Shown: positions 47,418 to 55,806, numbered from the stretch's first letter. The stretch is DNA of 64,000 bases from an uncultured virus (IMG/VR IMGVR_UViG_3300046514_000361) (IMGVR_UViG_3300046514_000361); one strand, 5' to 3'. Numbers and translations are program-made. The notes: a model not told the origin generated them from the sequence alone.

Positions 47418-47862
47418 TAGGCCCGGCAGCGATGCGCGCTCTTGCGGATGGGGTGAGTCCGAATTCGACGGCATATCTGACCATGTCTGCTGCGGCCCGT
47501 GCTGACGTCAACACGAGCGGGTTCTGCATCGGCGTGCCGTTCTTCGCTCTGAGCATCAGAGCGTTGAGCATCGGATCACGCTTCCTCATTTCGGCGAGAG
47601 CTTCCTCGGCTAAGCGCCAGCGCGCGTAAGCTTGGCAGTAGGCCGCGAGCGGATTCACATCCACGATGGTGAGGAGGTTGAGGCGGCAAAGCTGCGCCGC
47701 GATGCGGTGCCATTCCTCCCGCGCGTGGTCTTCGAGAAACGGCGGCGGGCAAGGGACGTGCTCCGGGACTGTCGGCTGCACTTCGTTCGCGGGCAGGGGT
47801 CGCTTGCCTGGGTTGCCGCGCAACAGCTTCAGATGTGTCGGAATCGGCCGACGTCCGCGCAT
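47374..47862 (-). CDS. terS: terminase small subunit, P27 family
   Basis: MRGRRPIPTHLKLLRGNPGKR...EFGLTPSARAR. Confidence 0.92.
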   Translation of the reverse strand: MRGRRPIPTHLKLLRGNPGKRPLPANEVQPTVPEHVPCPPPFLEDHAREEWHRIAAQLCRLNLLTIVDVNPLAAYCQAYARWRLAEEALAEMRKRDPMLNALMLRAKNGTPMQNPLVLTSARAAADMVRYAVEFGLTPSARARIAAGPNGDDGGGKFSGLIG

Positions 47863-48004
47863 TTCAACTCTCCTCACAGTTGTTGTTTCCGGCCGCGCAC
47901 CAAAGAGTGCGCCCGCGCTCGATTTCCGGCATTTGGAAACGCCAGCCGGACGATTGCAACAAAAAATGTAGTAATTACAGCATGATAGGGGCAAAACAAG
48001 GCAC

Positions 48005-48033
48005 TTGCAAAAGTGACATGGTGTCACTATATT
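48005..48033 (+). promoter_or_regulatory. island promoter P1 with palindromic operator
   Basis: TTGCAA-17nt-TATATT; AGTGACA TGG TGTCACT (48012-48028) spans the spacer. Confidence 0.75.
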
Positions 48034-48039
48034 TATTGA

Positions 48040-48435
48040 TGGTTGGACGGCAGTAGCCAGTCCAGTCGGTGACCTAGTGCAGTAGCCAGACGTCACCTAG
48101 GGCCTTCGGGGCCGACCACTCGCAAAGCGCCAGATACGGGCGCACCAGAGAACTCCCGACGGAACGCTGATCGCGCGACACCGGCAACGCCCACGGGCAA
48201 TGCCACCGACGTTGCTGCGGAAAAGTAGCTCCCTGTGCCCGGTGCCGCTCGCAAATGAGGACGATGGCGGGGTTCAAGTGGGGAAGCGAGGATTGATGCG
48301 AGCCGAAAACGGGGAACTGCAGAGCGCGGTGGCCATGTTGGCAATGCCAGAGAACGAAGCGCCCCACCAAAATGAAATGAGTAACATCAAACACTGCGGC
48401 GGCTTTCGAGCCGCCGCATTATTGATGCATCTCAC
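48040..48435 (+). ncRNA. candidate ~400-nt structured leader RNA
   Basis: No credible ORF; serial hairpins; GCAGTAGCCAG x2, GGCAATGCCA x2, CTCGCAAA x2. Confidence 0.45.
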
Positions 48436-48449
48436 AACAGGAGTCACCC

Positions 48450-48704
48450 ATGACACGCAATCAAGCACTGCCCTACGTTTCGTTCTGCGTTGACGACGCG
48501 TTGTCGGAACGCAAGCTCGCCGACATGCCGTCGAATGCGCGGCTTGTCGGTTGGCAGTGCGGCTTCGAACCGCTGTTCGTCGCCGTGTGGTCCTACCTCG
48601 ACGTCACGCTTGACGATGACGAGGCGGCCGAGATCGCAACCGATCTGCTGGCCGAAAAGAAATGGTTCGCAGGCGAGCCGACGTCACCCGACTACATCAT
48701 CTGA
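48450..48704 (+). CDS. hypothetical protein
   Basis: GGAGTCACC RBS. Confidence 0.7.
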   Translation: MTRNQALPYVSFCVDDALSERKLADMPSNARLVGWQCGFEPLFVAVWSYLDVTLDDDEAAEIATDLLAEKKWFAGEPTSPDYII

Positions 48705-48800
48705 GTCACATCAAAGCGCGGCCCCGAGCGGGCCGCGTCATTGATGCATCTCGCATCCGCCGCTGCAAACGGCGTCCAATCCAAAAACGGAGTCACCCCA

Positions 48801-49835
48801 ATGGCAACCGCCATCCTTCCTGAAGTCAAGCCGGTCACCATCGCGTTCGCGGCGGTGCTGCTTCAACACTACATCGGCAAGCGCAAGTCCGCGATGCTCT
48901 GGGGGCCTCCCGGCATCGGCAAGTCGGCCATCGTCTACCAGATCGCAGCGATACTCGGCTGGAAGGTGATCGACTTTCGCGCCAACATTCGTGAGCCGGT
49001 TGACGTTCGCGGCATCCCGGTGCCCGATCTGAAAACCGGCACGACGCGCTGGCTCGTTCCTGACGAGCTTCCGCGCGTTGATCGCGACGGCGAGCACGGC
49101 ATTCTCTTCCTTGACGAGATCAACACGGCCAGCCCGCAGATGATGGCCGTGCTCTTCCAACTGATCTGGGAGCGCCGGGTTGGCGACTACAAGCTCCCTG
49201 ACGGCTGGGTGATCGTCGCGGCAGGCAATCGCGTGAGCGACCGTGCCGCCGCCCAGCGGATGCCGACCGCTCTGCGCAATCGCTTCGCGCACATCTACGT
49301 CGAGGTTGACGTGAAAGCGTGGTGCGATTGGGCGACGACGGCGAACGTCGCGCCCGAGCTTGTCGCCCTCATTCGGCTTCGCGGCAAAGACGTGCTGCAC
49401 ATCATGCCGCGCGGCGACGAGAACGCGTTCCCGACGCCCCGGTCGCTGACCGATGCGGCCGAGTACGTGGACGCACCGAAGGATGTGCGGATGCAGCTTT
49501 TCGCTGGCTGCATCGGCGACGCGGCGGCGGCCGAGCTTGATGGCTTCATCGAACTCTATCGCAGCCTCGGCTCGCTGGAAGACATCGTGCGCGATCCGAA
49601 CAGCGCGCCCGTGCCGACTGAGCCGTCGAGCCGCTACGCCGTCTGCACCGGCCTCGGCCGGATGGCCGACCGCAAGAACCTGCAGAACATCGTCACGTAT
49701 GTGAAGCGCCTGAACCATCGCGAGAGCGAGCTTCTGGTGATGCACGACGCGACGTTGCGCAATCCCAAGCTCAAGGAAACGACGACCTACGGCAAGTGGG
49801 CCGTCGAGAATCAAGACCTGATCGTGCAGATGTAA
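48801..49835 (+). CDS. MoxR-like AAA+ ATPase
   Basis: LWGPPGIGKS; ILFLDEIN; IVAAGNR; ALRNRF; FPTPRS. Confidence 0.9.
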   Translation: MATAILPEVKPVTIAFAAVLLQHYIGKRKSAMLWGPPGIGKSAIVYQIAAILGWKVIDFRANIREPVDVRGIPVPDLKTGTTRWLVPDELPRVDRDGEHGILFLDEINTASPQMMAVLFQLIWERRVGDYKLPDGWVIVAAGNRVSDRAAAQRMPTALRNRFAHIYVEVDVKAWCDWATTANVAPELVALIRLRGKDVLHIMPRGDENAFPTPRSLTDAAEYVDAPKDVRMQLFAGCIGDAAAAELDGFIELYRSLGSLEDIVRDPNSAPVPTEPSSRYAVCTGLGRMADRKNLQNIVTYVKRLNHRESELLVMHDATLRNPKLKETTTYGKWAVENQDLIVQM

Positions 49836-49893
49836 TGCACGGGGCGGCGCGCGAATGCGCCGCCATTGTTTTCTGAAACGGAGTCACCCACCC

Positions 49894-50787
49894 ATGTCTA
49901 AGAAAATCGCCACGCCGCTCGCCCGCAAGGCCGTGCTGGTGTCTGTCACCATCTCGCAGTGGACGGCGCGCAAAAAAGACAAGCGCGTCACCGCCGAGAC
50001 GAACCGCCGCCATCACGCATCCGACGATGCTGGCACCTATCACAAGCTGCTGATCCAGAAAGAGCGGCTTGCGGAGATCAACGCACTCGTGTCGGCGGCG
50101 CGGGCGCTGCACTACGAACTGACGCACCCGTGGGCCGACGAAGGCCCGCGCGTTCTGCCCAACGCGTTGTTCGCCAAGTTCTCGGAGAAATTCCGCAAGC
50201 TCAAGCGCGAGTTCGACACCGCTGCGGATGACTTCGCTCGCGACTATCCGCAGTACATCGCCGAGCGCAAAGTTGCGCTCAACGGTCTGTTCAGCGAGGC
50301 CGACTATCCGCCGGTCGAGCAGATCAGGAGCAAGTTCAAGCTCGACATGACGATCCTGCCGTTTCCCGACTCGGCTGACTTCCGCGCCGACCTGGATGAC
50401 GACACGGTCGCCGACATCAAGCGCGAGTTGGAGCAAACAACGGCTCGCGTCGGCAACGATACGCTGCGCCACACTGCGGAGCGGATCACCGAAGCTGTCG
50501 GCCACATGGCCGAGAAGTTGCGGGAGTACAATTCGGGCAATCTCGGCAAAGACGGCAAGCGAAATTTCTTTCTCAACTCGCTGGTCGATAACGTGCGCGA
50601 CCTTGCCGAGTTGCTGCCCGCCTTCAACCTCACCGACGACCCGAAGCTCAACGCGATCACCAAGCGCATCTTGAAAGAGTTGTGCGCGGAAGATGCGGCC
50701 GAGCTTCGGAAGAATGACGCCGCTCGCGAGTCGGTCAAAAAGTCGGCCGACGAGATCGTGAAAGCGGTTTCGCAATTCCTGGCTTGA
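49894..50787 (+). CDS. DUF3150-like protein
   Basis: VLVSVTISQWTARKKD...; lies between AAA and VWA genes. Confidence 0.65.
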   Translation: MSKKIATPLARKAVLVSVTISQWTARKKDKRVTAETNRRHHASDDAGTYHKLLIQKERLAEINALVSAARALHYELTHPWADEGPRVLPNALFAKFSEKFRKLKREFDTAADDFARDYPQYIAERKVALNGLFSEADYPPVEQIRSKFKLDMTILPFPDSADFRADLDDDTVADIKRELEQTTARVGNDTLRHTAERITEAVGHMAEKLREYNSGNLGKDGKRNFFLNSLVDNVRDLAELLPAFNLTDDPKLNAITKRILKELCAEDAAELRKNDAARESVKKSADEIVKAVSQFLA

Positions 50788-50834
50788 TCTATCCCCCGCG
50801 CGAATGCGGGGGCTTCCACCAAACGGAGTCACCC

Positions 50835-52367
50835 ATGTCAGACCTTCTCACCACCACCGCAATGCAGCGCGTCCAGCGGGCGCGCAGCGAACTGATCATG
50901 TCGCGGCGGTTCTACGGTGTGCTCGTCTCGAACGTCGAGCCGATCATCACCCGCAAGCACGAGACTGCGGCGACGAACGGACGCCAGCACTTCTGGAATC
51001 CCGACTACATCGCCACGCTGAAACAGGACAACGTGTTGTTCGTGCAGGCGCACGAGAGCGAGCACGATGCCCGACATCACAGCACACGGCGCAACGGTCG
51101 CGACCCGGAGCGATGGAATAGGGCTTGCGACTACGGGATCAACATCGATCTCGTTGACGAAGGCTTCGTGCCGCCGCCGGGCATCTTGCTCGACGCGAGG
51201 TTTCGCGGCATGAGCGCCGAGGAAATCTACCGGTGCCTTGAGCTTGACGAGGCCGCGCAGCAACAGCAGCAACAGCCGCAGCCGCAGGAAGGCGACGGCG
51301 ATGCCGACGAAGACGAGCAGCCGCAGTCCAACGGCGACGACAGCAACGACGCTGGCGACGACCAGGGCAAGAACCAGGGCGACGACGCGAGCGACGACGC
51401 TGGCGACGACCAGGGCGAGGGCGGTTCGGGCGACGCCGACGATGGTGACGCTGATCAGGACGCAGGTTCTGGCGGCGATGCCGACGACGGCGAAGGCCAG
51501 GGCGGCGACGCCGAGGGCGAAGGCTCTGACGCTGAAGGCGGCAACGGTGCTGGCAACGGCAGCGGCGACGCCGAGGGCGACGACCAGGGCGAAGGCTCTG
51601 GCGCGGGCGACGCGGACGGCGAGGGCGCTGGCAGCAAGCCGGTCGTCGGCGACGTCGGCGGCTGCGGCGAGGTGCTCGACGCGAGCGACGAGCCGGGTGA
51701 TCTCTCCGAGCAAGATGCCAAGTGGGAGCGGATCACGCGGCAAGCGGCATCGCTGGCGAAGGCTATCGGGCAGTGCCCCGGCCACATCACGCGCGAGATC
51801 GAACGGTCGAATAATCCGACCCAAGACTGGCGCGAGGTGCTGCGGTCCTATTTCGATCAAGGTGCGCTTCGCACCGAGACCTGGAATAGGCCGAACCGTC
51901 GCCACATCGGCCGGGGCGTAGTCCTGCCCGGCTCGCAGCGCGACGGCGTGAACAAGGCGTGCTTTCTGATCGATACCAGCGGATCGATCTACAGCGACCC
52001 GGTGGCGTTGCAGCTTGTTCGCGACGAGGCGCAGGCCGCGCTTGACGACCGTATTGTTGACGAGGCCGTCGTGATCTACGGCGACACGGCGGTCACGCGT
52101 GTTGACACCTACCGCACGGGCGACGAGATCGAGTTCGACCCGCGCGGCGGTGGCGGCACCGACATGAAGCCGCTGTTTGAGTACGTCGCGGAAGAGCACG
52201 ACGACGCATCGCTGATCGTCTGCTTCACCGACCTTGAGATCGGCGACCCCGGCGTCGAGCCGCATTGCCCGACGCTGTTCGCCGTGACCGGCTATCCGCA
52301 GCGGGTGCGCGAGCTTATCGCGAACGCCCCGTGGGGTGCGCCGTGCATCGACGTCGGTGCGCACTGA
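50835..52367 (+). CDS. DUF2201-type metallopeptidase-like + acidic linker + VWA protein
   Basis: TAATNG; HESEH; WNRACDYGIN; IDTSGS; GGGGTD; FTD. Confidence 0.85.
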   Translation: MSDLLTTTAMQRVQRARSELIMSRRFYGVLVSNVEPIITRKHETAATNGRQHFWNPDYIATLKQDNVLFVQAHESEHDARHHSTRRNGRDPERWNRACDYGINIDLVDEGFVPPPGILLDARFRGMSAEEIYRCLELDEAAQQQQQQPQPQEGDGDADEDEQPQSNGDDSNDAGDDQGKNQGDDASDDAGDDQGEGGSGDADDGDADQDAGSGGDADDGEGQGGDAEGEGSDAEGGNGAGNGSGDAEGDDQGEGSGAGDADGEGAGSKPVVGDVGGCGEVLDASDEPGDLSEQDAKWERITRQAASLAKAIGQCPGHITREIERSNNPTQDWREVLRSYFDQGALRTETWNRPNRRHIGRGVVLPGSQRDGVNKACFLIDTSGSIYSDPVALQLVRDEAQAALDDRIVDEAVVIYGDTAVTRVDTYRTGDEIEFDPRGGGGTDMKPLFEYVAEEHDDASLIVCFTDLEIGDPGVEPHCPTLFAVTGYPQRVRELIANAPWGAPCIDVGAH

Positions 52368-52434
52368 AAACTGCCGGGCGGCCCGCGTGGCCGCCCGGCC
52401 CTTTGCAAGCCCACTCTCACAAACGGAGTCACCA

Positions 52435-52671
52435 ATGAGCTACTGCCCTTGGACAAAAAATTTACACACCACGCACGAGGCCGGGAGACGGAAAGCCACA
52501 AAACGGACGCACAAGCCGAAGCCCGCGCAGCCATCGAGGTTCTCGACGCATAGCCACTTCAAGCAAGAGATCGGACTCGGATCGCGCCCAGACGTTTGTG
52601 CAAATTGCCGAATGCCGTTCGAAGACCACTACAACGGCGCGTGTCCGAAAGACGAAAACGAGAAAAGTTAG
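52435..52671 (+). CDS. hypothetical protein
   Basis: GGAGTCACC RBS; CANC. Confidence 0.55.
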   Translation: MSYCPWTKNLHTTHEAGRRKATKRTHKPKPAQPSRFSTHSHFKQEIGLGSRPDVCANCRMPFEDHYNGACPKDENEKS

Positions 52672-52766
52672 AGTCGTATCAAAGCGCCGCCCCATGCGGG
52701 CGGCGTCGTTGATGCATCTCGCATCACGCCGGTGCAAAACGGCGAACACATGAAACGGAGTCACCC

Positions 52767-53285
52767 ATGTCACCGAAGCTTGAAGCCATTGCCGCCTACG
52801 ATGCCGCGCTGAAGCGACCGGACAAGGCCGATTGGCGCGCCGTCGCGAAGCTCTTGCGCGACGTTCTCCCGCAACCGCGCGTCGGCAAAACGATGCCGCG
52901 ATCCGATGGCCACACCGAAATCGCCGACTACGTCACGAAAGGCAAATCGAACCGACGCGGCCCGTCGATGGTCGTCACGTTCGAAGATGACACGCAGGTT
53001 CGCATGTCGTTTTCGTCGCAGGAAGGCAAGCCGATCAACGCGGGGCTGGGCCTGCGCGTCGTGTGCTCGGGCTATCGCACGAAGCGGGCTTTCCCGATCA
53101 GCGATCTGAAGGCCATCGCCAAGCTTGGCGTGCCGTCGATCCGCAGCGCGCATGCCGAGCGGGACGGCGACGTCGTCGCCACGTTCGACCCTATCGAGTG
53201 CAACGGTTACACCGCGCCCTATCGGCAAGGCATGCCGTATGAGAAGTGGCGTTCGCGTCGCGACCGGTTGCACGTTGCAGCTTAA
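52767..53285 (+). CDS. hypothetical protein
   Basis: GGAGTCACCC RBS. Confidence 0.7.
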   Translation: MSPKLEAIAAYDAALKRPDKADWRAVAKLLRDVLPQPRVGKTMPRSDGHTEIADYVTKGKSNRRGPSMVVTFEDDTQVRMSFSSQEGKPINAGLGLRVVCSGYRTKRAFPISDLKAIAKLGVPSIRSAHAERDGDVVATFDPIECNGYTAPYRQGMPYEKWRSRRDRLHVAA

Positions 53286-53299
53286 AAGGAATCGCCCCA

Positions 53300-53581
53300 A
53301 TGACAACGAGACTAGAGCAACTCAAGGAAGCGTTCGCGCGCAATCTGGCGCGGACGCTCGCCGACGATCCGAGCTACTACGCCTGGAAAGCCGAAGAGCT
53401 TCCGGACGTCACGGCCCGCATGCTTGCGGCCATCGACCGTGCGGGCGGGCTTGGCGGCATCAACATCCAGTCGCGCACGTTCACGCGCACCGCCCGCGAG
53501 TTCGGTATCAAGAACACGTACAAGGCATGGGCCGCGTGGCTCGCCGCCGATGTGAAAGAGGAGTCGGACAATGGACTGTGA
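53300..53581 (+). CDS. hypothetical protein
   Basis: Variant RBS GGAATCGCC; GIKNTYKA motif. Confidence 0.65.
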   Translation: MTTRLEQLKEAFARNLARTLADDPSYYAWKAEELPDVTARMLAAIDRAGGLGGINIQSRTFTRTAREFGIKNTYKAWAAWLAADVKEESDNGL

Positions 53582-53744
53582 CGCCCACACCAAAGACGAC
53601 GGCTCGTGGTGGGAGCACGATGCGCGCGGCATTCCGCTTTGCCGCGTTTGCGCCAAGTGCAAGCGCCGCAAGCTTGCGCACTACCGGCCCGAGGTGCTGT
53701 CCGATCCCAACTACGTGGCGGACGAACCGATTGATGAAGACTGA
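53571..53744 (+). CDS. 57-aa Zn-binding phage protein
   Basis: Hand translation ...SWWEHDARGIPLCRVCAKC...YRPEVL; GAGGAG SD. Confidence 0.65.
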   Translation: MDCDAHTKDDGSWWEHDARGIPLCRVCAKCKRRKLAHYRPEVLSDPNYVADEPIDED

Positions 53745-53783
53745 AAAAGAGAAAGCCGGGGACCGTGAGGCCGCCCGGCTTTC
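53744..53783 (-). terminator. intrinsic terminator of the sRNA
   Basis: Minus strand gaaagccggg...cccggctttc followed by tcttttt. Confidence 0.75.
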
Positions 53784-53841
53784 CCGTTGGAATGCGGATC
53801 GCGTGCAAACGCGACCTGCGTGGAGTCACCCTTCCAACAGT
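53744..53841 (-). ncRNA. candidate antisense sRNA carrying seed GGGUGACUCC
   Basis: Own promoter and terminator; seed (53822-53831) in a 12-nt bulge between two stems. Confidence 0.75.
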
Positions 53842-53845
53842 GCGG

Positions 53846-53874
53846 AGGTTAGGGCCACGGTCCTGCACCGTCAA
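53846..53874 (-). promoter_or_regulatory. sigma70 promoter of the sRNA
   Basis: TTGACG (53874-53869), 17-nt spacer, TAACCT (53851-53846). Confidence 0.75.
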
Positions 53875-53880
53875 TTGGCG

Positions 53881-53889
53881 TTATCCACA
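53881..53889 (+). promoter_or_regulatory. perfect DnaA box
   Basis: TTATCCACA, 6 nt upstream of the sRNA -35. Confidence 0.45.
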
Positions 53890-53947
53890 GGTGGGTGCTG
53901 CGAGAGATCAGCCAACTTTTGGCACACTCTCGGCCCGCCGCACGCTT

Positions 53948-53978
53948 TTGACCCGAGGGTGACAATTTGTCATACACA
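53948..53978 (+). promoter_or_regulatory. island promoter P2 with second operator
   Basis: TTGACC -35; GTGACA ATT TGTCAT (53959-53973); -10 weak. Confidence 0.55.
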
Positions 53979-54007
53979 CGCCAATCAACCGAAACCAGGA
54001 GTCACCG

Positions 54008-54235
54008 ATGACCACCACGACACAGAATCCAAACTGCAGCGGCAACCATTGCCGCTCCACCACCGGCGAGGTTCGCGTCTACCCGCTCGGCGGCGGCGGC
54101 AACTTGATCCTCTGCATCGCTTGCTGGGCGCATGAGAACCGCTACCGGTTCGAGCGCGGGCGCGAGACGCGCGAGCCTGCGAACTGGCCCCAGGTCGATT
54201 GGGCCACAGCGGAAGTCTACGGAGGTGCGTCATGA
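54008..54235 (+). CDS. hypothetical Cys-containing protein
   Basis: GGAGTCACC RBS. Confidence 0.65.
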   Translation: MTTTTQNPNCSGNHCRSTTGEVRVYPLGGGGNLILCIACWAHENRYRFERGRETREPANWPQVDWATAEVYGGAS

Positions 54236-54603
54236 TCACGGCGAAGACGCAACCATTCTGTCATTGGTGCGGCAAACCGCTGCGCAAGCACGCCGTGCGA
54301 CGCCACCCGCCGGGTCAGTTGGGGTTTAACGATTCAACTCTGCGCACTCTCGCGGATTGTCAGCGTCGCGAGAACCAGAAAGTGATCAGCGTGCAGTACC
54401 GCTGGGACTACGACGACGGCGACAAAATCCCGAGCACGAAGCGCATCCACAGCTACGCTGTTTGGGACGGCGAGACGTATCAGGCGGTGCTCGAATTCTT
54501 CTGCACCAACGACTGCGCCATGTCGTTAGGCCACGCGGCAGCGAAGCATCACAACATCGTTGGCAAGGCTTTCAACGAGGCCACGCGAAAGGCAAAGCCA
54601 TGA
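54232..54603 (+). CDS. Zn-finger-like hypothetical protein
   Basis: CHWCGK...FCTNDCA; coupled. Confidence 0.6.
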   Translation: MITAKTQPFCHWCGKPLRKHAVRRHPPGQLGFNDSTLRTLADCQRRENQKVISVQYRWDYDDGDKIPSTKRIHSYAVWDGETYQAVLEFFCTNDCAMSLGHAAAKHHNIVGKAFNEATRKAKP

Positions 54604-54803
54604 CCGACCGTGAAGTTCTCGCCATGCTGCGCGGTTCGCCGAGCGGCACCACCGAAGCGATGGCGGCGTTGCACGGCATCGACCGCGCCCAGCTTGATCG
54701 GCTTGTTGCCGCAGGCCGGGCACGCGTCCAGATGCAGGCGCTCCACAAGCCACGCATCGTCAAGTTCGCCACGTTCTTTTTCAACTCTCAACAGGAAACA
54801 TGA
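54600..54803 (+). CDS. small hypothetical protein
   Basis: ATGA coupling. Confidence 0.5.
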   Translation: MTDREVLAMLRGSPSGTTEAMAALHGIDRAQLDRLVAAGRARVQMQALHKPRIVKFATFFFNSQQET

Positions 54804-55063
54804 CCATGACACTCACACGTCTCGCCATCGTGCTGGCGTTGTTCGCGCCAGCCGATGCACTCGCACAGTCCAGCACTTTCTACGACGCGTCCGGCCGCGT
54901 GTCGGGTCGCTCGGCCACCGACAGCGGCGGCGCGACCACGTTCTACGATCCGAGCGGGCGCGTCACGAACCGCGCATCTATCGATAGCCAGGGCACCACG
55001 ACGATCTATGACGCAAGCGGGCGCAAGGTCGGAACTGATCCAACGCAGGAGAAACGACGATGA
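54800..55063 (+). CDS. small secreted protein with three T(F/I)YDxSGR repeats
   Basis: Signal peptide ending ADALA; repeats in translation. Confidence 0.7.
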   Translation: MTMTLTRLAIVLALFAPADALAQSSTFYDASGRVSGRSATDSGGATTFYDPSGRVTNRASIDSQGTTTIYDASGRKVGTDPTQEKRR

Positions 55064-55272
55064 CGATGCACGAGTGGATCACGGGCAGGGGCAGGCGCGG
55101 CCTGCTTTTGCCGTTGAGCTTGCCGGGCATGCTGTGCATCGGCTGCGTCATCCTGCCCCCGCTCCTGGTGCTCACCATCGTCGGTCCCGGTCCCGATGAC
55201 GAACGGCCGCCTGATCCGTGGCGCAAGCGCCAGCGCATGCGGGCCGTGCGGCGGAAGGATGTTCGACCATGA
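55060..55272 (+). CDS. small membrane protein
   Basis: Hydrophobic segment; coupled. Confidence 0.45.
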   Translation: MTMHEWITGRGRRGLLLPLSLPGMLCIGCVILPPLLVLTIVGPGPDDERPPDPWRKRQRMRAVRRKDVRP

Positions 55273-55451
55273 CCTGGGAAACCCTGAACGCTGTCCGCAC
55301 CGCGACCCGGTGCGAGTTCTCTGCCGCGCTCGCTGCGCGGCACGTCTTTGTGCGACTGCTAAGCGGGCGTTGGGGCCGATGCCTCGACGCGCCGCCGCTC
55401 AACGCCGTGCATGTGCGCGGCAACGTCTACCATCTCGCGGAGGGCCGGTGA
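55269..55451 (+). CDS. hypothetical protein
   Basis: ATGA coupling. Confidence 0.4.
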   Translation: MTWETLNAVRTATRCEFSAALAARHVFVRLLSGRWGRCLDAPPLNAVHVRGNVYHLAEGR

Positions 55452-55452
55452 C

Positions 55453-55590
55453 ATGCACCTCATATTGCTCGGCCTCTTCTTGATCTTCATCGTGTGCCTG
55501 ATGCGGTCATGCAAGACATCACCGCCAGTGGTGCCGGTGCCAGAACCGGACTCGCAATTCACCATCATCGTTATCAACATCAACGACTGA
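55453..55590 (+). CDS. 45-aa membrane peptide
   Basis: Hand translation MHLILLGLFLIFIVCLMRSC... Confidence 0.4.
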   Translation: MHLILLGLFLIFIVCLMRSCKTSPPVVPVPEPDSQFTIIVININD

Positions 55591-55599
55591 GGAGACACG

Positions 55600-55806
55600 A
55601 TGAAGCACACCGCGCAAACCAACGCCGACTTCGTCCGCGCGGCGCGTGAGCGGCTCGGCATCACGCAGGCCGAGTTCGGCGAGCGGCTCGGCGTATCTAA
55701 GCGTACCGTCATTCGCTGGGAGCAAGGCAGCGTGCTCAAGCGGCGCGACCGCGTCGCCATCACGCTGCTGATCGAGCAACCGGTCGTATCGCAGAGGATC
55801 ACATGA
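55600..55806 (+). CDS. small XRE/Cro-like HTH regulator
   Basis: RERLGITQAEFGERLGVSKRTVIRWEQG; GAGGAG SD. Confidence 0.88.
   Translation: MKHTAQTNADFVRAARERLGITQAEFGERLGVSKRTVIRWEQGSVLKRRDRVAITLLIEQPVVSQRIT

Larger units (their letters stand above)
48379..52766 (+). repeat. three copies of an intergenic stem-loop element (48379-48433, 48703-48799, 52671-52766)
   Basis: GAGT..(C/T)ATCAAA-[hairpin]-TTGATGCATCTC. Confidence 0.8.

Noticed and set aside
48738..52364. Long minus-strand ORFs over the AAA/DUF3150/VWA genes
   Set aside because: High-GC shadows of recognisable plus-strand genes
53765..53962. 65-aa plus-strand ORF across the sRNA locus
   Set aside because: No SD or recognisable motif; overlaps terminator and promoter elements
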